A stretch of 64,000 nucleotides of DNA from the human T2T-CHM13v2.0 reference genome, Homo sapiens: assembly GCF_009914755.1 (NCBI RefSeq), contig NC_060926.1; one strand, 5' to 3'. The translations under genes were made by a program, and so were the position numbers. Below, piece by piece: positions 1 to 16,617 of the stretch. Each line of letters opens with the position of its first letter. Within the stretch, counting starts at the first letter, position 1. The notes under the pieces are model-generated. The model ran no database searches. It saw only the letters and a list, made by a program, of their open reading frames with translations, and was not told the DNA's origin.

Positions 1-2959
1 ACCACACAGTAACATTTGCCTCATTACAGGTTGGTATTGTTTAATGCTTTTAATGTGTATTTTTAATTTGTATTGTTTGCTGCTGTTTTCATTGCTGGGC
101 TTGATTCGTTAGCCAGTTTTTTTTTTTACTGATTTGCACTCCTGGCTCTCTAAGTGCTGTAAATGTCCAGGATTAAGCTGTTTTATAATATACCAAAATT
201 GGGAGTTCTCAAGTCATTTTTTTTATAAGAAAACACATATTTTTAGGTTTCATTCACTTATTCAAGATATATTAAATGCTTATTATGTTTCAAGATTAAA
301 AATAAACACTATCTCAAGACACAAAGTTAATTTAGTTGCTATGTTTTGCTCAAGACGGTGTTATAAACTTGTAAGAAACAGTATTTTTGAAAATGTGCCA
401 CAGTACCTTCTAAACTAGTAAATCTCAGTTAGTGGCCCTTTTGATGAGCAACTTTAGGACTTTCAAGATTTCTACTTTCTATCTAGAATAGTCATAGTCA
501 TGAAGCCTTTTGTTTTATAATGATTATAAATACCTTCCCAGGGTCAGGTAACTATGACCAGCACTAGTTTAACACTGTCTTTTTCTTTTAGCAAAACAAC
601 ACAAGGAACAATGGCACAGTAGCCTAGTAATACCTCTTTGCTATAAACATACACTCACTCCCATCCTCTCAGTCTCTTTGTTTCTCTGTTACTCTCCCTT
701 AGCAGAAATTTTCCATTGGACTTCTAGTGCTTTGATGTATTATGATCAATGATGACTTGTGTTTTCTGACTCTGTTAGAGTCTCCATGGAATTAAAGATT
801 ATATGCTTATTCAGCTTAATGTACTTGACCTTTTTGTATGATTGACACATCTAAATTTCTGTAGCAACTCAGTCATTATGCAACAGCTGTGTTATATTCA
901 TTTCATGTAAAAAGCAAAAACAAAAGACATAGAGTTCTCTTCAAGAGTAGATACCTTGACCCCTTCCCTCCCAGCTAAATAAAGAATAGTTTATTAATAA
1001 CATTATTAATCAGTTTCCAAATGCGTCTCCTTTCCTCACCGCATTTTATAAACATTCAGTATACTGTGACCATAGTCACATCAAGAATCATTTCAATACT
1101 GATCCTTATTATATAATTAAAATATTCAATAATTCTGAGTCTGTTGAACATAATAATAGCCACACAACTTAAGTGTCAAACATCTAGGATTTGTTAGCAA
1201 GATTTGTGCTCAGAAAATAATATGTACAAACCTTTGATTTTCTTAATGATGAAACTGTATTTTGTCTGAATTGACATATGTGTCTTTAAGTTAGAGAGAA
1301 AAAACCTTGACATTTTTCTGTGACTTTTCCTTATCAACAGCTGTGTTCTACCTGCGTTTATTTTTCTCAGAATTCATTATGAATTCTGTATAGGCCTTCA
1401 GAAGGCCTATACAGGCTTTCTAACAGAGATTCTATAGGAAAAAGTTTTGGTTAACTGTTTGAAGTATTAGTTGAAGAAGGCATTCTAGATAAGGTTTTAC
1501 AAGACAGAAGAAAAGAATCAATTCATTTTTAGTTCTGAGCCTGAATTGTGGAAACTGTACTAACTGCAGATAAACTCTGAATAAATTCTAGTGTTCTCTG
1601 CTTATCTCAAAAAATCTTTTCTTTTAATGATACTGTTCCATGCTCACTAATGTTTTCAAAACATATTCATATCTAAATGGTTTTGTATTTTTATTAAATT
1701 TTGGATTTTTTGCATTACATAAAGTTAATTTTGTTGACCATTTTATGAATTTAAGAAATGTCCACTTGAAAGGACTCGCTCCTTTAATTAAATTTTTGGC
1801 CTTTATTTATAAAATAAAAATTATTCTTTATATGTTCTTGAAAAGTAAATCAGATTAGGATTAATAATTGTCAAGTCATTTTAGAACAATGACATCTATC
1901 ATTAAATTTCTTGAATTTTTTGCCTTCTCAACTGATAGCTATCCGGGTGAAAAATTCAATTATGGATATTGGAAAAATTGATGGTAATATTAATCTGGAA
2001 ATGTTATTTCTGTACTATTCTTTACAGGACCTGAGGGGATTCTCTAGTTCTTTAGGCCAGTGTTATAATGTTAGGATTTACAAAAGTTGGTAATATAGAG
2101 AGAAACAGGAAGAAAATGAAATGGGACAGGAAAATATCATTCCTTCTTCTTATTCCTTCCTCTAAGTCACTGGCATTGTGAAGGGAAAAGGGAACTAACA
2201 TGTATTAGTGTCTACCATGTAACAGGCATTGTCTTTCATATTTTATATTTATCGTATTAGCTCATGTAATCTTTGTGGAAAATCTCCTAAATCTATTAGT
2301 AGGTCTTTAATATCTATGTTTATTTATTTTGTCCTGAAAACAAATGAAGTTTTTGGATCAAGACAGAGAATTATTATTACTTATAGCAATAACCACCTTG
2401 GAAAGAAGGCACACAGTTATGCGCACAGGAGGGGAGCCATGAAATTATGAATCTGGGAATTTATATAGGAATTACTATATAAACTCTTTATATAGTAAAT
2501 GGTCTTCTCCTGTCTTCTCCTTTTCTGAAAGAGGAAGAGAAAGTTTATCTCCGTTATATACAATAAGCAAATCTTTAGGGGAGAGAATGAGAAGGTCCTG
2601 GTTTAAACCCTTTGAAATGTAAACCAGTAGCTCTGGGATTTTGTTCTCTTTTGAAATGTAAACACAGAGCTGTAGAAAATAAGTGTCTGCATATCTCTGA
2701 GGGTCTCTGTCTATTCAGTCCACCTTTAATCCAGATTTCAGTTTGTCTTGCTTTATAACTCCTTAACCATGCAGAAGCATGAAAACATTTTCTCTGTAGT
2801 TCCACATCATGAATTTTAGCAGTTTTAGTACTGTTGCTAAAAAATTGTGGCTATTAGCTTGTTTCCATTCCTTTCATAAAGTGTTTAGTAGCATAATGCA
2901 TTATTAGGTCTACTTTCTATCTATTATACTTGAAAACCATCCTCTCTATGTAAAATATC

Positions 2960-3070
2960 TATTTATTCAATGGATATTTATTGAGCACCAAAAACTGTCA
3001 AGCATTGTTCTAGGTATTTGGGATACATCAGTCGACAAATCAAAGATACCTGCCTTGCTTGTATTTACAA
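2960..3070 (-). mobile_element. L2 3' end relic
   Basis: ttattcaatggatatttattgagcacc...gcattgttctaggtatttgggataca resembles the L2 3' terminus. Confidence 0.6.
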
Positions 3071-5175
3071 ACTTTGGGGTTAGAATGCATAAAATTGAGA
3101 TTATGGAGGGGTTGTAATTATTGCCAATGAAAAGCCTAGGATGAAAGATCACTGGAAGACTAAAGTTTAAGGAATTGAAAGGCCAGAATATCAAAAGAAT
3201 CATCTATATGTGTTTTGAAATCTTATGAATTAAGGCAGTATCGAAGAGAATGACAGTATGCAAAGAGCTCAAATGGTTGAGTGGGAATTACCTGGACCTT
3301 AGTGGATAACAGCAACCATGAGGCAAAGTATGTAGTGAGTAATGTCGACCATGAGATTTAAATCTGAAGGATGTCAGGAAGGATATGGGGAAATGGTCTG
3401 AAAATGTCAGAATGGAGCAAAGAAATACCACTTTGCTTATTCCACTCACCCAACCAGAGGTCGCAGGAACAAGAATGACACCTTTCCATCTTGCATAAGA
3501 ACTGTGGGAGAGAAGCAGCCATCACTGAGAGATTGTAGGGGAGGCATTGTCCTCCAGAGAAAGACAGGTTTATGTTTCAGCTAGGAAAGTAAAGGGAACA
3601 CTTAGAAAATTGATTTTTGGCTCACTGGAAGGGTTTCAGCAGTTGGGAGAGAACAAAGGTAATTTTTACCAGCTTGTAACTTCACATGTATTAACTGTGT
3701 TGCAAAACTAATGAAACTTACTGTCTATTCTCTTGCTTTATCTGATAATATAGATAAGGGTGTCACCTGTAATCATTGTTACCATATTTCTTGAGGCCAT
3801 TTTCTTATTCTCATTTAACTTTTCTACTTGTTTCTTCTTTATTTGTATTTTTCTCTGTTTTTAATCTTGCTCTTTTTATCATTTCTGTCTCTTTATATCC
3901 TACTTACCTCTTAATCTTTTTGCCCAACTTCTCTCTTAATATATATATATTTTTGCTCTTTACTATTTCTCTTATCTTTCTATTTCAAAATTACACTGTC
4001 TGCTGTTTTCTCCAACTCCCCACAACTCACCTTAGGTGTAGTTGGGACTATGCAATATGCCATCACACAGGTAGTACTAATTTTGACAGGTAGCATCTCT
4101 ACTTCAAACAAAGAAAGCTTTAACCAAAAAGGAATTACAGGAGAGAAGACAGTATTCTCCCCAACTGATGCTAACATTGCCACCTACACTTTTGACGCTT
4201 TCTTCAACAGTTAAGACGTAGCAACTTATTACTTCCCCAAATTCCCTGTGCTCTGTTGATCTGTCTTAAACTCTAAAGGGAGAGAAAGTAGGTTTGTTCA
4301 TTAGCTGTGGGACTTAAAATGTGACTTAACTTTTTTGAACCTTTTGTTTCGTGAATGATAAAAAAACACTTTCTGAATGATATAGCTACTAATATTTTCA
4401 TTTTATAGATAAAGTGAAAGATAAAGTACTTTTTTTAAAGGTTGCATAAATATAAGTGACACACACTGATATGAATGTAAGCATTTGACTCAATCCCAGA
4501 GATCATGTTTTAATGAATACTCTATTGTTTCTCACATAATATAACTTAATATTGTGGTCAATAAAATAATAAATAGGACCAGACACATATATGTATTAAT
4601 TCACTTCCCTTTATTTCCTTTTTCCAAAATTGAGCCTTATTGGTAAAGGGCTTTTTGTGCATTTTAATTGTCTATAATCAGGTACTTGAACCAATTATAA
4701 TTTTTCACTTGCCTGCATGAATCCATACAGGACAAAAACCTGAATATAGAAACTATCTTTCAGCTTTCGGTTTGCCAGAGGATTAATCTATAATTATTTT
4801 TAGGATTATAAAAGATTTACATCCGTTCTTAAAATATACATAATATCGGATTTTTTTCCAGCAATAGAGGAATAACTAATTCTATAGTTTCATGCCAATC
4901 TCACCTCCAGTCCTTCTAGAATTTGGAGGTAATTTAACCCCGTGTATAAAAAATAAATATTTTCTTTTTTGCGTTTTATTGAAAAAATCACGTAATTTAA
5001 GTACAAATATATCCACTAAAGTAGGCAAATTTATTTTAGTAGAATTCAGTTATCCCTTTCAAAGAAACACTATCAGCCTAAGTGTTATACATTGGATATT
5101 TTAGAAATCTTACAATTTCAATTACATGTCTTCTGAAACTCATTATTGTAAGGCTTTGTTTTAGGCTTTCCTTGC

Positions 5176-5572
5176 TGTATTAGTTGACTGGGGCTGCCAG
5201 AAAAAAATACCACAGGCTGGGCAGCTTAAACTACAGAAATGTATTTTCTCACAGTTCTGGAGGCTGGGACACCTAAGATCAAGATGGCTAGCCAGGTGGG
5301 TCTCATTCTGAAGACTTTTCTCTTGGCTTTAGGTGGTTACCATCTCCTTGCATCATTGTGTTACCTCTTTGTGTGCTTGGACAGAGAGCAAGAGAGGTAG
5401 CTCTTTGGTGTTTCTTCTTTTAAGAACACTAATTGGATGGATCCAGCCCCACTCCTATGGCCTCATTTAACCTTAATTACCTCTATAAAGGCCCTATCTC
5501 TAAATACAGTCACATTTGGGGTTGGGACTTTAAAATATAAACCTCGGGGGACATAAGCCTTCATCCACAGTA
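5176..5572 (-). mobile_element. MLT1 (MaLR) solo LTR, MLT1A/B/C-like
   Basis: tgtattagt...ggctgcc...aaataccacaggctgggcagcttaaa...ctcacagttctggaggctggga is the typical MLT1 reverse strand. Confidence 0.8.
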
Positions 5573-5782
5573 TTGCCATTATAATATTTTGTGTACTTTG
5601 GCACTTGAGAAAGTAAGATTTTTTTTAACCTAGTATTTTAATGTTTTCTTTAGAGGTTTTTTCCCTGATACAACACTCTCCTATACATGATCTACTTGGT
5701 AACACAAATATCCCTTTGTTTGCTTGTACTTTTGCTTCCTCATAAATTTTTCTGTAGCTACAAATGTTAACTTTGTTGGATA

Positions 5783-6290
5783 GGCTTTATTTTTTAGATC
5801 AATTTTAAGTTTATAAAAATACTGCACAGAAAGTTGAGACAGTTCCCATGTATTTCCTCTCCCTGCTGCACACAATTTCTTCTCTTATTAACATTTTACA
5901 TTAGTGCAGTACATTTGTTACAATTGATAAACCAACATTAATAGGTTATTATCAACCAAAGTCCATAGTTTACATTAGGGTTCACTCTGTGTTATACAGT
6001 TCTATTGGTCTGGACAAATGTTTAATGACATGTATCTACCATTACATTATCAAGGATGGTTTGACTTCCCTAAAAATGCCCTGTGCTCCACCTGTTCATC
6101 CCTATACCTTCTCCCTGAAGCCCTGACAACTGCTGATATTTTTACTGTCTCTATAGTTTTAGCTTTTCCAGAATGTCATACAGTTGGAATAATACAGTAT
6201 GTAGCTTTTAAAACCATCTTCTTTCACCTAGCAATATGCATTAACAGTTCTCTCATGTCTTTTTTGTGGTTGACAGCTCATTTCCTTTTC
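5783..6290 (-). mobile_element. Old L1 (L1MC-like) 3' UTR fragment
   Basis: acatttgttacaattgataaaccaacatt...aagtccatagtttacattagggttcactct matches the L1MC1-type 3' end. Confidence 0.75.
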
Positions 6291-6530
6291 CAGTAGTCCC
6301 ACTTTATCTGTAGAGGATACGTTCTAAGACCCCCAAAAGATGCCTGAAACCTCAGATAGTACTGAACCCTATATATACTGTGTTTTTCCTTTACATACAT
6401 ACCTATGATAAAATTTAATTTATAAATTAGGCACAGTAAGAGATTAACAGTAGCTAATAATAAAATTGAACAATTATAACAATATGCCAGAGTCGAAACT
6501 CTTGTGCCTTGGGACTTTTATTAAGTATAA
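6291..6530. mobile_element. MER44 (Tigger7-derived) DNA transposon fragment, one TIR only
   Basis: Begins cagtagtccc...gatacgttctaagacccccaaaagatgcctgaaacc...ataaattaggcacagtaagagattaac. Confidence 0.8.
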
Positions 6531-7028
6531 TAGGTGGCCAATATCAAGTGTAACATATAGAAATAGGAAAACAGAAAAACCTCTGTGGAATTTGGCATTA
6601 ACATAGACCTTAGCGAAACCTGTTTTATTAGAGACAGTGATTTTTTAAAAACACTTAACTGTGAAGGGAAGGGATTTGATGAGATAACACAATTGTCTGA
6701 AGGTAGAGAGAATAAAAAACAATTTTTTTTCTAATGAGAAGAGTATAATTAAGCATGGGGAACAGACACATAGAGATTATAAAGGAAGTGATGATTGCAA
6801 AATATTTAACCAAATAATTAGTATTATACATGTTTGTGATAGAGCTATGGTACACTTAATTAGGTAAAATGCCAAAAGACAGTGCCACGCTCCAAGCTTT
6901 ATGTATCATAAACATCAAAAATGACTTGCTGAATTAAATTAAATTGAGTCTCCATTAACATGTAAATCATCATATCTGTGCCCTGGAATAATTCAGAGTT
7001 TAATTTGTGGGTTTGCTTCCTTATGAAG

Positions 7029-7175
7029 GTCATCGAACACTATTTATTGGAGTACATGTGCCCTTGGGAGGAAGAAAAAGCCATCGACGTCACAGGCATC
7101 GTGGTCATAAACACAGAAAGAGAGACAGAGAAAGAGATTCAGGATTAGAGGATGGAAGGGAGTCACCTTCTTTTG
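7029..7175 (+). CDS. SLC4A10: SLC4A10 internal coding exon (147 nt, phase 1-1; probably canonical exon 3), N-terminal His/Arg-rich segment
   Basis: Acceptor ttccttatgaag|GTCATC and donor TTTTG|gtaaga. Translates (G)HRTLFIGVHVPLGGRKSHRRHRHRGHKHRKRDRERDSGLEDGRESPSF, which I recognise as NCBE/NBCn2. Splices in frame to 42372. Confidence 0.96.
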
Positions 7176-7548
7176 GTAAGAATCCTTCTCCTTGTTTTTA
7201 TTAAGTTAATTATTGTAATATACTTGCTTATACAATTATGATTAGGAGTAATACCTTATACTCATAAAATTGTTTATACTTTTATAAAAGACTTTGGGCC
7301 GGTTGGAGAGAAGTGGGAGAGATAAAGCTTGATCTTTGTTTTTCTCTTATATATTTGCATTGAGAAGCTGAGAATTGATGAAGATTTATGATATAGGAAA
7401 TACAATTGAGTAAAGCTCAAAAACTCTTGATAATTTATACAAATAATCATCATTACTCAAAGTGGTTTGAAAATCCAGGGCAAAATGCCTTAATTTAGTT
7501 CCCATTTGCACTTTTACTGATAGTGCCCAAGTTTCAGTCTTAGGATGT

Positions 7549-9833
7549 TGTATTAGTCCGTTTTCACACTGCTGATAAAGACATACCCGGACTAGACAAT
7601 TTACCAAAATAAAAAAGAGGTTTAATTGGACTTACAGTACCACATGGCTGGGGAAGCCTCACAATTATGGTGGAAGGCAAGGAGAAGCAAGTCATGTCTT
7701 ACATGGGTGGCAGCAGGCAAAGAGAGCTTGTGCAGGAAAACTCCCCCTTATAATAACTATCAGATCTCATGAGACTTACTCACTATCACGAGAAAAGCAC
7801 AGGAAAGACCTGTCCTCATTATTCAATTAACTCCCACTGGGTCCCTCCCACAACACATGGAAAATTCAAGATGAGATTTGGGTGAGGACACAGCCAAACC
7901 ATATCGTTCCACCCTTGGGCCCTCCCAAATCTCATGTCCTCACATTTCAAAACCAATCGTGCCTTCCCAACAGTCCTCCAAGGTCTTAACTTATTTCAGC
8001 TTTAATTCAAAAGTCTATAGTCCAAAATCTCATCTGAGATAAGGCAAGTCCCTTCCACCTGTGAGCCTGTAAAATCAAAAGCAAGCTAGTTACTTCCTAG
8101 ATACAACTGGGGTAAAGGCATTAGGTAAATACAGCCATTCCAAATGGGAGATATTGGCCAAAACAAAGGGGCTACAGGCCCAATGCAAGTCCAAAATCCA
8201 GCAAGGCAATCAAATCTTAAAGCTCCGAAATGATCTCCTTTTACTCCATGTCTCACATGCAGGTCATGCTGATGGTTCTCATGGTCTTGGGCAGCTCTGC
8301 CCTCGTGGCTTTGCAGGATATAGCCCACCTCCTGGCTGCTTTCATGGGCTGGCGTTGAGTGTCTTGTTGCTTTTCCGGACACACTATTCAAGCTGTCAGT
8401 GGATCTTCCATTCTGCAGTCAGGAGGACAGTGGCCCTTTTCTCACAGCTCCACTAGGTGGTGTCCCAGTAGGGACTCTGTGGGGGCTGTAACCCCACATT
8501 TCCCTTCTGCACTGCCCTAGCAGAGGTTCTCCATGAGGGCCCTGCCCCTGAAGCAAATTTCTGCCTGGGCATCCAGGCATTTCCATACATCCTCTGAAAT
8601 CTAGGCAGAGGTTCCTAAACCCCAATTCTTGACTTCCGTACACCTGCAGGCTCAACACCACATGGAAGCTGCCAAGGCTTGAGGCTTGCACCCTCTGAAG
8701 CCACAGCCTGAGCTCTACATTTGTCCCTTTCAGCTATGGCTGGAGCAGCTGAAACACAGGGCACCAAGTCCCTAGGCTGTACACAGGATGGGTACCCTGT
8801 GCCTGACTGAGAAAACCACTTTTTCTTCCTGGGCCTCTGGGTCTGTGATGGGAGGGGCTGCCATAAAGACCTTTGACATGCCCTGGAGACATTTTCCCCA
8901 TTGTCTTGGGGATTAACATTTGGCTCCTCATTACTTTTGTGAATTTCTGCATTTGGCTTGAATTTCTCCTCAGAAAATGGAATTTTCTTTTCTATTGCAC
9001 TGTCAGGCTGCAAATTTTCTGAACTTTTATCCTTTGCTTCCTTTATAAAACCGAATGTCTTTAACAGCATCCAAGTCACTTCTTGAATGCTTTGCTGCTT
9101 AGAAATTTCTTCTGCCAGATACCCTAAATCATCTCTCTCAAGTTCAAAGTTTCACAGATCTCTAGGGCAGGGGTAAAACACTGCCAGTCTCTTTGCTAAA
9201 ACATAACAAGAGTCACCTTTGCTCCAGTTCCCAACACGTTCTTCATCTCCACCTGAGACCACCTGAGATTGCCTGGACCTTATTGTCCATATCATTATCA
9301 AGCTTTTGGTCAAAGCCATTCAACACGTCACTAGGAAGTTCCAAACTTTCCCACATTTTCCTATCTTCTTCTGACCCCTCCAAACTGTTCCAACTTCTGC
9401 CTGTTACCCAGTTCCAAAGTCACTTCCACATTTTCAGGTATCTTTTCAGCAGCACCCCACTCTACTGGTATCAATTTACTATATTAATATGTTTTCACAC
9501 TGCTGATAAAAACATACCTGAGACTAGGCAATTTACAGAAGAAGGAGGTTTAATTGGACTTACAGTTCCACATGACTGGGGAAGCCTCACAATCATAGCG
9601 GAAAGCAAGGAGGAGCAAGTCACATCTTATGTGAATGGCAGCAGGTAAAGAGACCTTGTGCAGGAAAACTCTGCCTTATAATAACCATCAGATCTCATGG
9701 ACTTACTCACTATCATGAGAACAGCACAGGAAAGACCTGCCCCCCATGATTCAATTACCTCCCACCAGGTCCCTCCCACAACATGTGAGAATTCAAGATG
9801 AGATTTGGGTGGGGACACAACCAAACCATATCA
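7549..9833 (-). mobile_element. Complete THE1 (THE1A/B-like) MaLR provirus: 5' LTR 9480-9833, internal 7907-9479, 3' LTR 7549-7906
   Basis: Two ~355-bp direct LTRs around a ~1.57-kb THE1 internal region. 5-bp TSD gatgt (7544-7548) / aatgt (9834-9838). ORFs 8086-9648 are THE1-int remnants. Confidence 0.93.
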
Positions 9834-11004
9834 AATGTGAACCTTTTACTATTGTGAATGCTCTCTCATTGAAAGCATATTCAGAATACCACAATAAGTG
9901 TTTTCGTAGTTGTTAAAAGGTTCTGAATGCCATGAGAGCCCATGTACATGACATAACTGAGAACCTGGCTCTCAGTTCCTTGACCATCCCATCTCTTATG
10001 ACCTTCTCTGTCATTGCACTTTGTTCACCTTCTCAACCATATTCACTCCATCCCTGAAGTCACTAATTCATTTATCTTTCTCTCTGACCACAGCTTCACT
10101 CCTTTCTTGCTGTGCAGCTACTTAACCCCTCTACTTTTCTTCTATCCATAAGTTTGTCTTTATTTGTTTATCCTAGTCTGATTGCATAGCATGCAGTCTT
10201 AGGAATACTTTAGCATTACTAGTATTCCATTTGTATTACTAGTAGTCTATTTAGTAATACTAGTATTCTAAATATCTTAGGTTCTAAGTTTTAGTTTTCT
10301 TCATACCTTTACTGCCTCTTTTATTTTCATTTTTAATAGGAAGCAGCATTTTATTTAAAATGTTTTTAATAGATTTCTTAAAGATGTAAATAATCGAATT
10401 AAACTTAGTCTATATTACTTGTATGAATTAATTTACATTTTGTTCACATTCGTGAAAAATAATTTAGCTAGGTATGCAATTCCAAATTGACAAGTATTTT
10501 AACTCAGCACTTTGAACATAATATCTATTTATTTATCAATTTCATGAAGATGTTAAGAAAGGAGATAAAAATCTATTGTTGCTCTACAGTTAATTTGGAT
10601 TTTATATTTTTATGAATTTAAATCATTTCCTTTATTTTGGTATTTAGTTTTACATTTATTATGATATTTTCAGACACACATATATGCCTTTTATGCTTTT
10701 CTTGGTTGATATTTAATGAGAATGTATATTATTAGTTCTTTAAAATGCTTAAACATGTCCTATTTTCTATTATTTTCTCTCCCACTTATTTAAATTCTTT
10801 CTTCAAATATTCATTAAGCATATTCCTTTCAATTTCATTTTCGATTTATTTTGATCCCTCTTTTATATTTTTTCATCATTTTCTCCTTGTCCTGACATTG
10901 AAGTGTTTATTTTAGCTAATTCATTTATTCATATTTTAGCTCATAGTTTTTGCCTTGCTCATATCCCTTTACTTTCTTTAAACATTTTGACTACATGTGT
11001 CTTT

Positions 11005-13984
<2,980 letters not shown>

Positions 13985-14949
13985 TAAAGCCATACTTATG
14001 TTGGGGTTCCTCCATTTTTCCATTTTCTCCTTGCCTCCACAAGCAGATATACTCTGCTGGAAATCATCATTCAACAAGGCAGATTGTAACCATTATGAAG
14101 TTATGACTCAAGGAGACCTTCAACATCTCCTCCTAATTTCATTGTGTATCTTTTTTGACATTTGAAATAATTATTTTTCAACTTTCTTCGCCTTCTTCAT
14201 CATTCTCCAACATCCTCTCTTTTCACCATTACTTGATAGTAATCTTGCTTTGTACTTCAGAGGGAAAATATATCATCAGAAAGAACTCACTTTACTTTCT
14301 TCCTGTTAAAAAGTTATAGCTGAAACCTTTCTTCCTATTAAACGGTTAAAACTGCAAGAAAATAAGGAAGTTTTCTTTTCCTTTATGTTTATTTTCTATT
14401 CCCTCTCACCACTCTGGAAACTTATGCCATTTCTAATTTAATTGACCTCTTCCTCTTGAAATGAATTTTTCTTATCATCTTTGAAACATGATAGAGTCTC
14501 CACCATTTTAAGCAGTTCTCCAACCTCCTGCAAACCCACCTTTAGTCATTCAGATATGTAAGTTAACTGCATATAAATGTTCTGGGTAGCAATTTTACTT
14601 TTAAATATCTCTCCATATTGCTTTATTTGGTTTATTCAATATCTGGCTTCAGTAACTATTGCAGATAAGTCTATAGTCTCTCTATTTTTATTTTTTAGGT
14701 TTATGTATTTTAATCCTGAATGTTTATAGACATTTTTCTGTGTCCCTTAATGAAGAAAATTGCTAAGATTGACCTAATGGTAGGTGTATTAAAAAACTTT
14801 TCCATCCCGCATACACGAATAGTTTTCCACCTAGGGAACATTTTCCTATTATGTTTCATTCTGTTCCATTTACTTTGATCTATTTGTGAAGACTTTCTTT
14901 GCTCATATCCCTCTACTTTCTTCAAACATTTTAACTACATATATCTTTC

Positions 14950-15418
14950 ATTTTTTTTTAACTTTGAATTTGGGGGTACATGTGCAGGTTTGTTACATGA
15001 GTATGTTGTATGATGCTGAGGTTTGGGGTACAGATGGTCCTATCACGCAGGTAGTGAGCACAGAGTATAGTCAATTTTACAACCCTTGTTCCCTACCCTC
15101 CTTCCCAGCTCCGGTGATTCCAAGTGCCTATTGTTCCCATCTTTATGTCCATGAGTACCCAATGTTTATCTCCCATTTATGAGTAACAACATGCAGTATT
15201 TGGTTTTCTGTTCCTGAGTTAATTTGCTTAGAGTAATGGCCTCCAGCTGCATTCATGTTACTGCAAAAGGATATGATGTCATTCTTTTTATGGCTGCACA
15301 GTATTCCATGGTGTATATGTACCACATTTTCTTTATCCACCTCACCCTAATGGTACCTAGTTGATTCCATGTCTTTGCTATGGTGAATAGCACTAAGATG
15401 AACATGCACGTATATGTC
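14950..15418 (-). mobile_element. L1PA15/16-like 3' end, local copy of the 11005 element
   Basis: Collinear with 11005-11460 and shares its upstream flank (see findings). Confidence 0.88.
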
Positions 15419-16407
15419 AGATTTCTGATTTCTGCTCTGTATCCTTTTCCTCTGTAGTTTAATGTTAGTCTTTTATATTACCATTTGATTATCTGCAGAA
15501 TAAATTCTGCATTTTCCTACTTTTATTATGAGTTTTGGTTTTGCTGTTGCATTTTTAGTTTTCATTAATTTCTTTCTTATTTCATCCTATTTTCTTTACA
15601 TTTTAGCCTGTCCTTTCCTGAATACTTTTTATTTTTTTCTGGTTGGTAGAGTGTATCCCCAGTGATTTCTGGACGTTTTCATTTTATCCTAAAGTAGACA
15701 ATTTTCAGAGCTATGCTTTTCCTTTGGACTGTCAGATTATTTTTACTCTCCATTGATTTTTAGTATTTTTTATGGACTCCTAGGTTTTTTCCTTTTTTTC
15801 TCATTTTTAAACAAGGAAAGGTAGATTCCTACTATATCTACCTAGCTATATCTTAAGATTGCTTAATGAGGCTGCTGTCAGTATGCTCCATGTTTCCAAC
15901 AGTATGTATAATAAGCATCACACTTATCCAAATGCCCTGTACTTCTGCCAGGGGCAGCATAGTTGTTGGTGGCAGAGTATGTAAAGAAAAGTACTCTAGG
16001 TATCCTGCACCACCATGATAAAGAAGGATGGTTGTCCATAAGAATGGGCAGATGGGCTGAGAGTGTAGGATATACTAAGTATCTTCTGCATTTTCAGATG
16101 TTGTCTCTTTCATGAAGGAACGTCTTAGAGTGTAAAAAAATGACAATTTGGCATATTTTTCTCATTCAAGTTCCATCTGCTTATAGTTAGCAGAGATGCC
16201 CTCTTAGACTGCAGGAATGGATTATCTGTAGGGCTATGCGCTAATGATGAGTTTTCATCATTTTCTAGTATTTGAGAAAATATATTTATATCATCTTACA
16301 AGTATTTCATGAGCAAATAAAAATAAGCTGTATTTATCATTTGTTTGTTCCCTGTGCCTCTTCTTTATTTTTCCCTAACTGGAGGCATTATGCCAGTTTT
16401 TCTAGAA

Positions 16408-16590
16408 CAGTGGTTCTCAATAATGACTGCATTTGAGAATTCTAAAACCGTGCTAATGCTCAACCCGTACACCAACCAGAATCTCTGTGCCTGGGGCCTA
16501 AGCATGAGTATTTTTTGAAAAGTACCCCCAGGTGATTCTTCTGTGGAGCTGTTGATAGCTCCACAGAAGGTTGATATCCACTGTTCTGGA
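16408..16590. mobile_element. MER5-like hAT-Charlie relic
   Basis: cagtggttctcaa...cagaatctctg...ccccaggtgattct. Confidence 0.6.
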
Positions 16591-16617
16591 AACTTTGCTA
16601 TTTAAATTTAGTTCATC

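Noticed and set aside
134-5104. Short ORFs in the first 5 kb
   Set aside because: AT-rich low-complexity translations with no recognisable domain and no convincing exon that fits the SLC4A10 frame.
7007-7204. Track ORFs 7007-7204 and 57545-57733 as stand-alone small proteins
   Set aside because: They use GTG/TTG starts in intron sequence. The real boundaries are the splice sites given in the features.
8086-9824. Cluster of 65-154 aa ORFs as a gene
   Set aside because: All lie within the THE1 internal region or LTR and are overlapping decayed frames.
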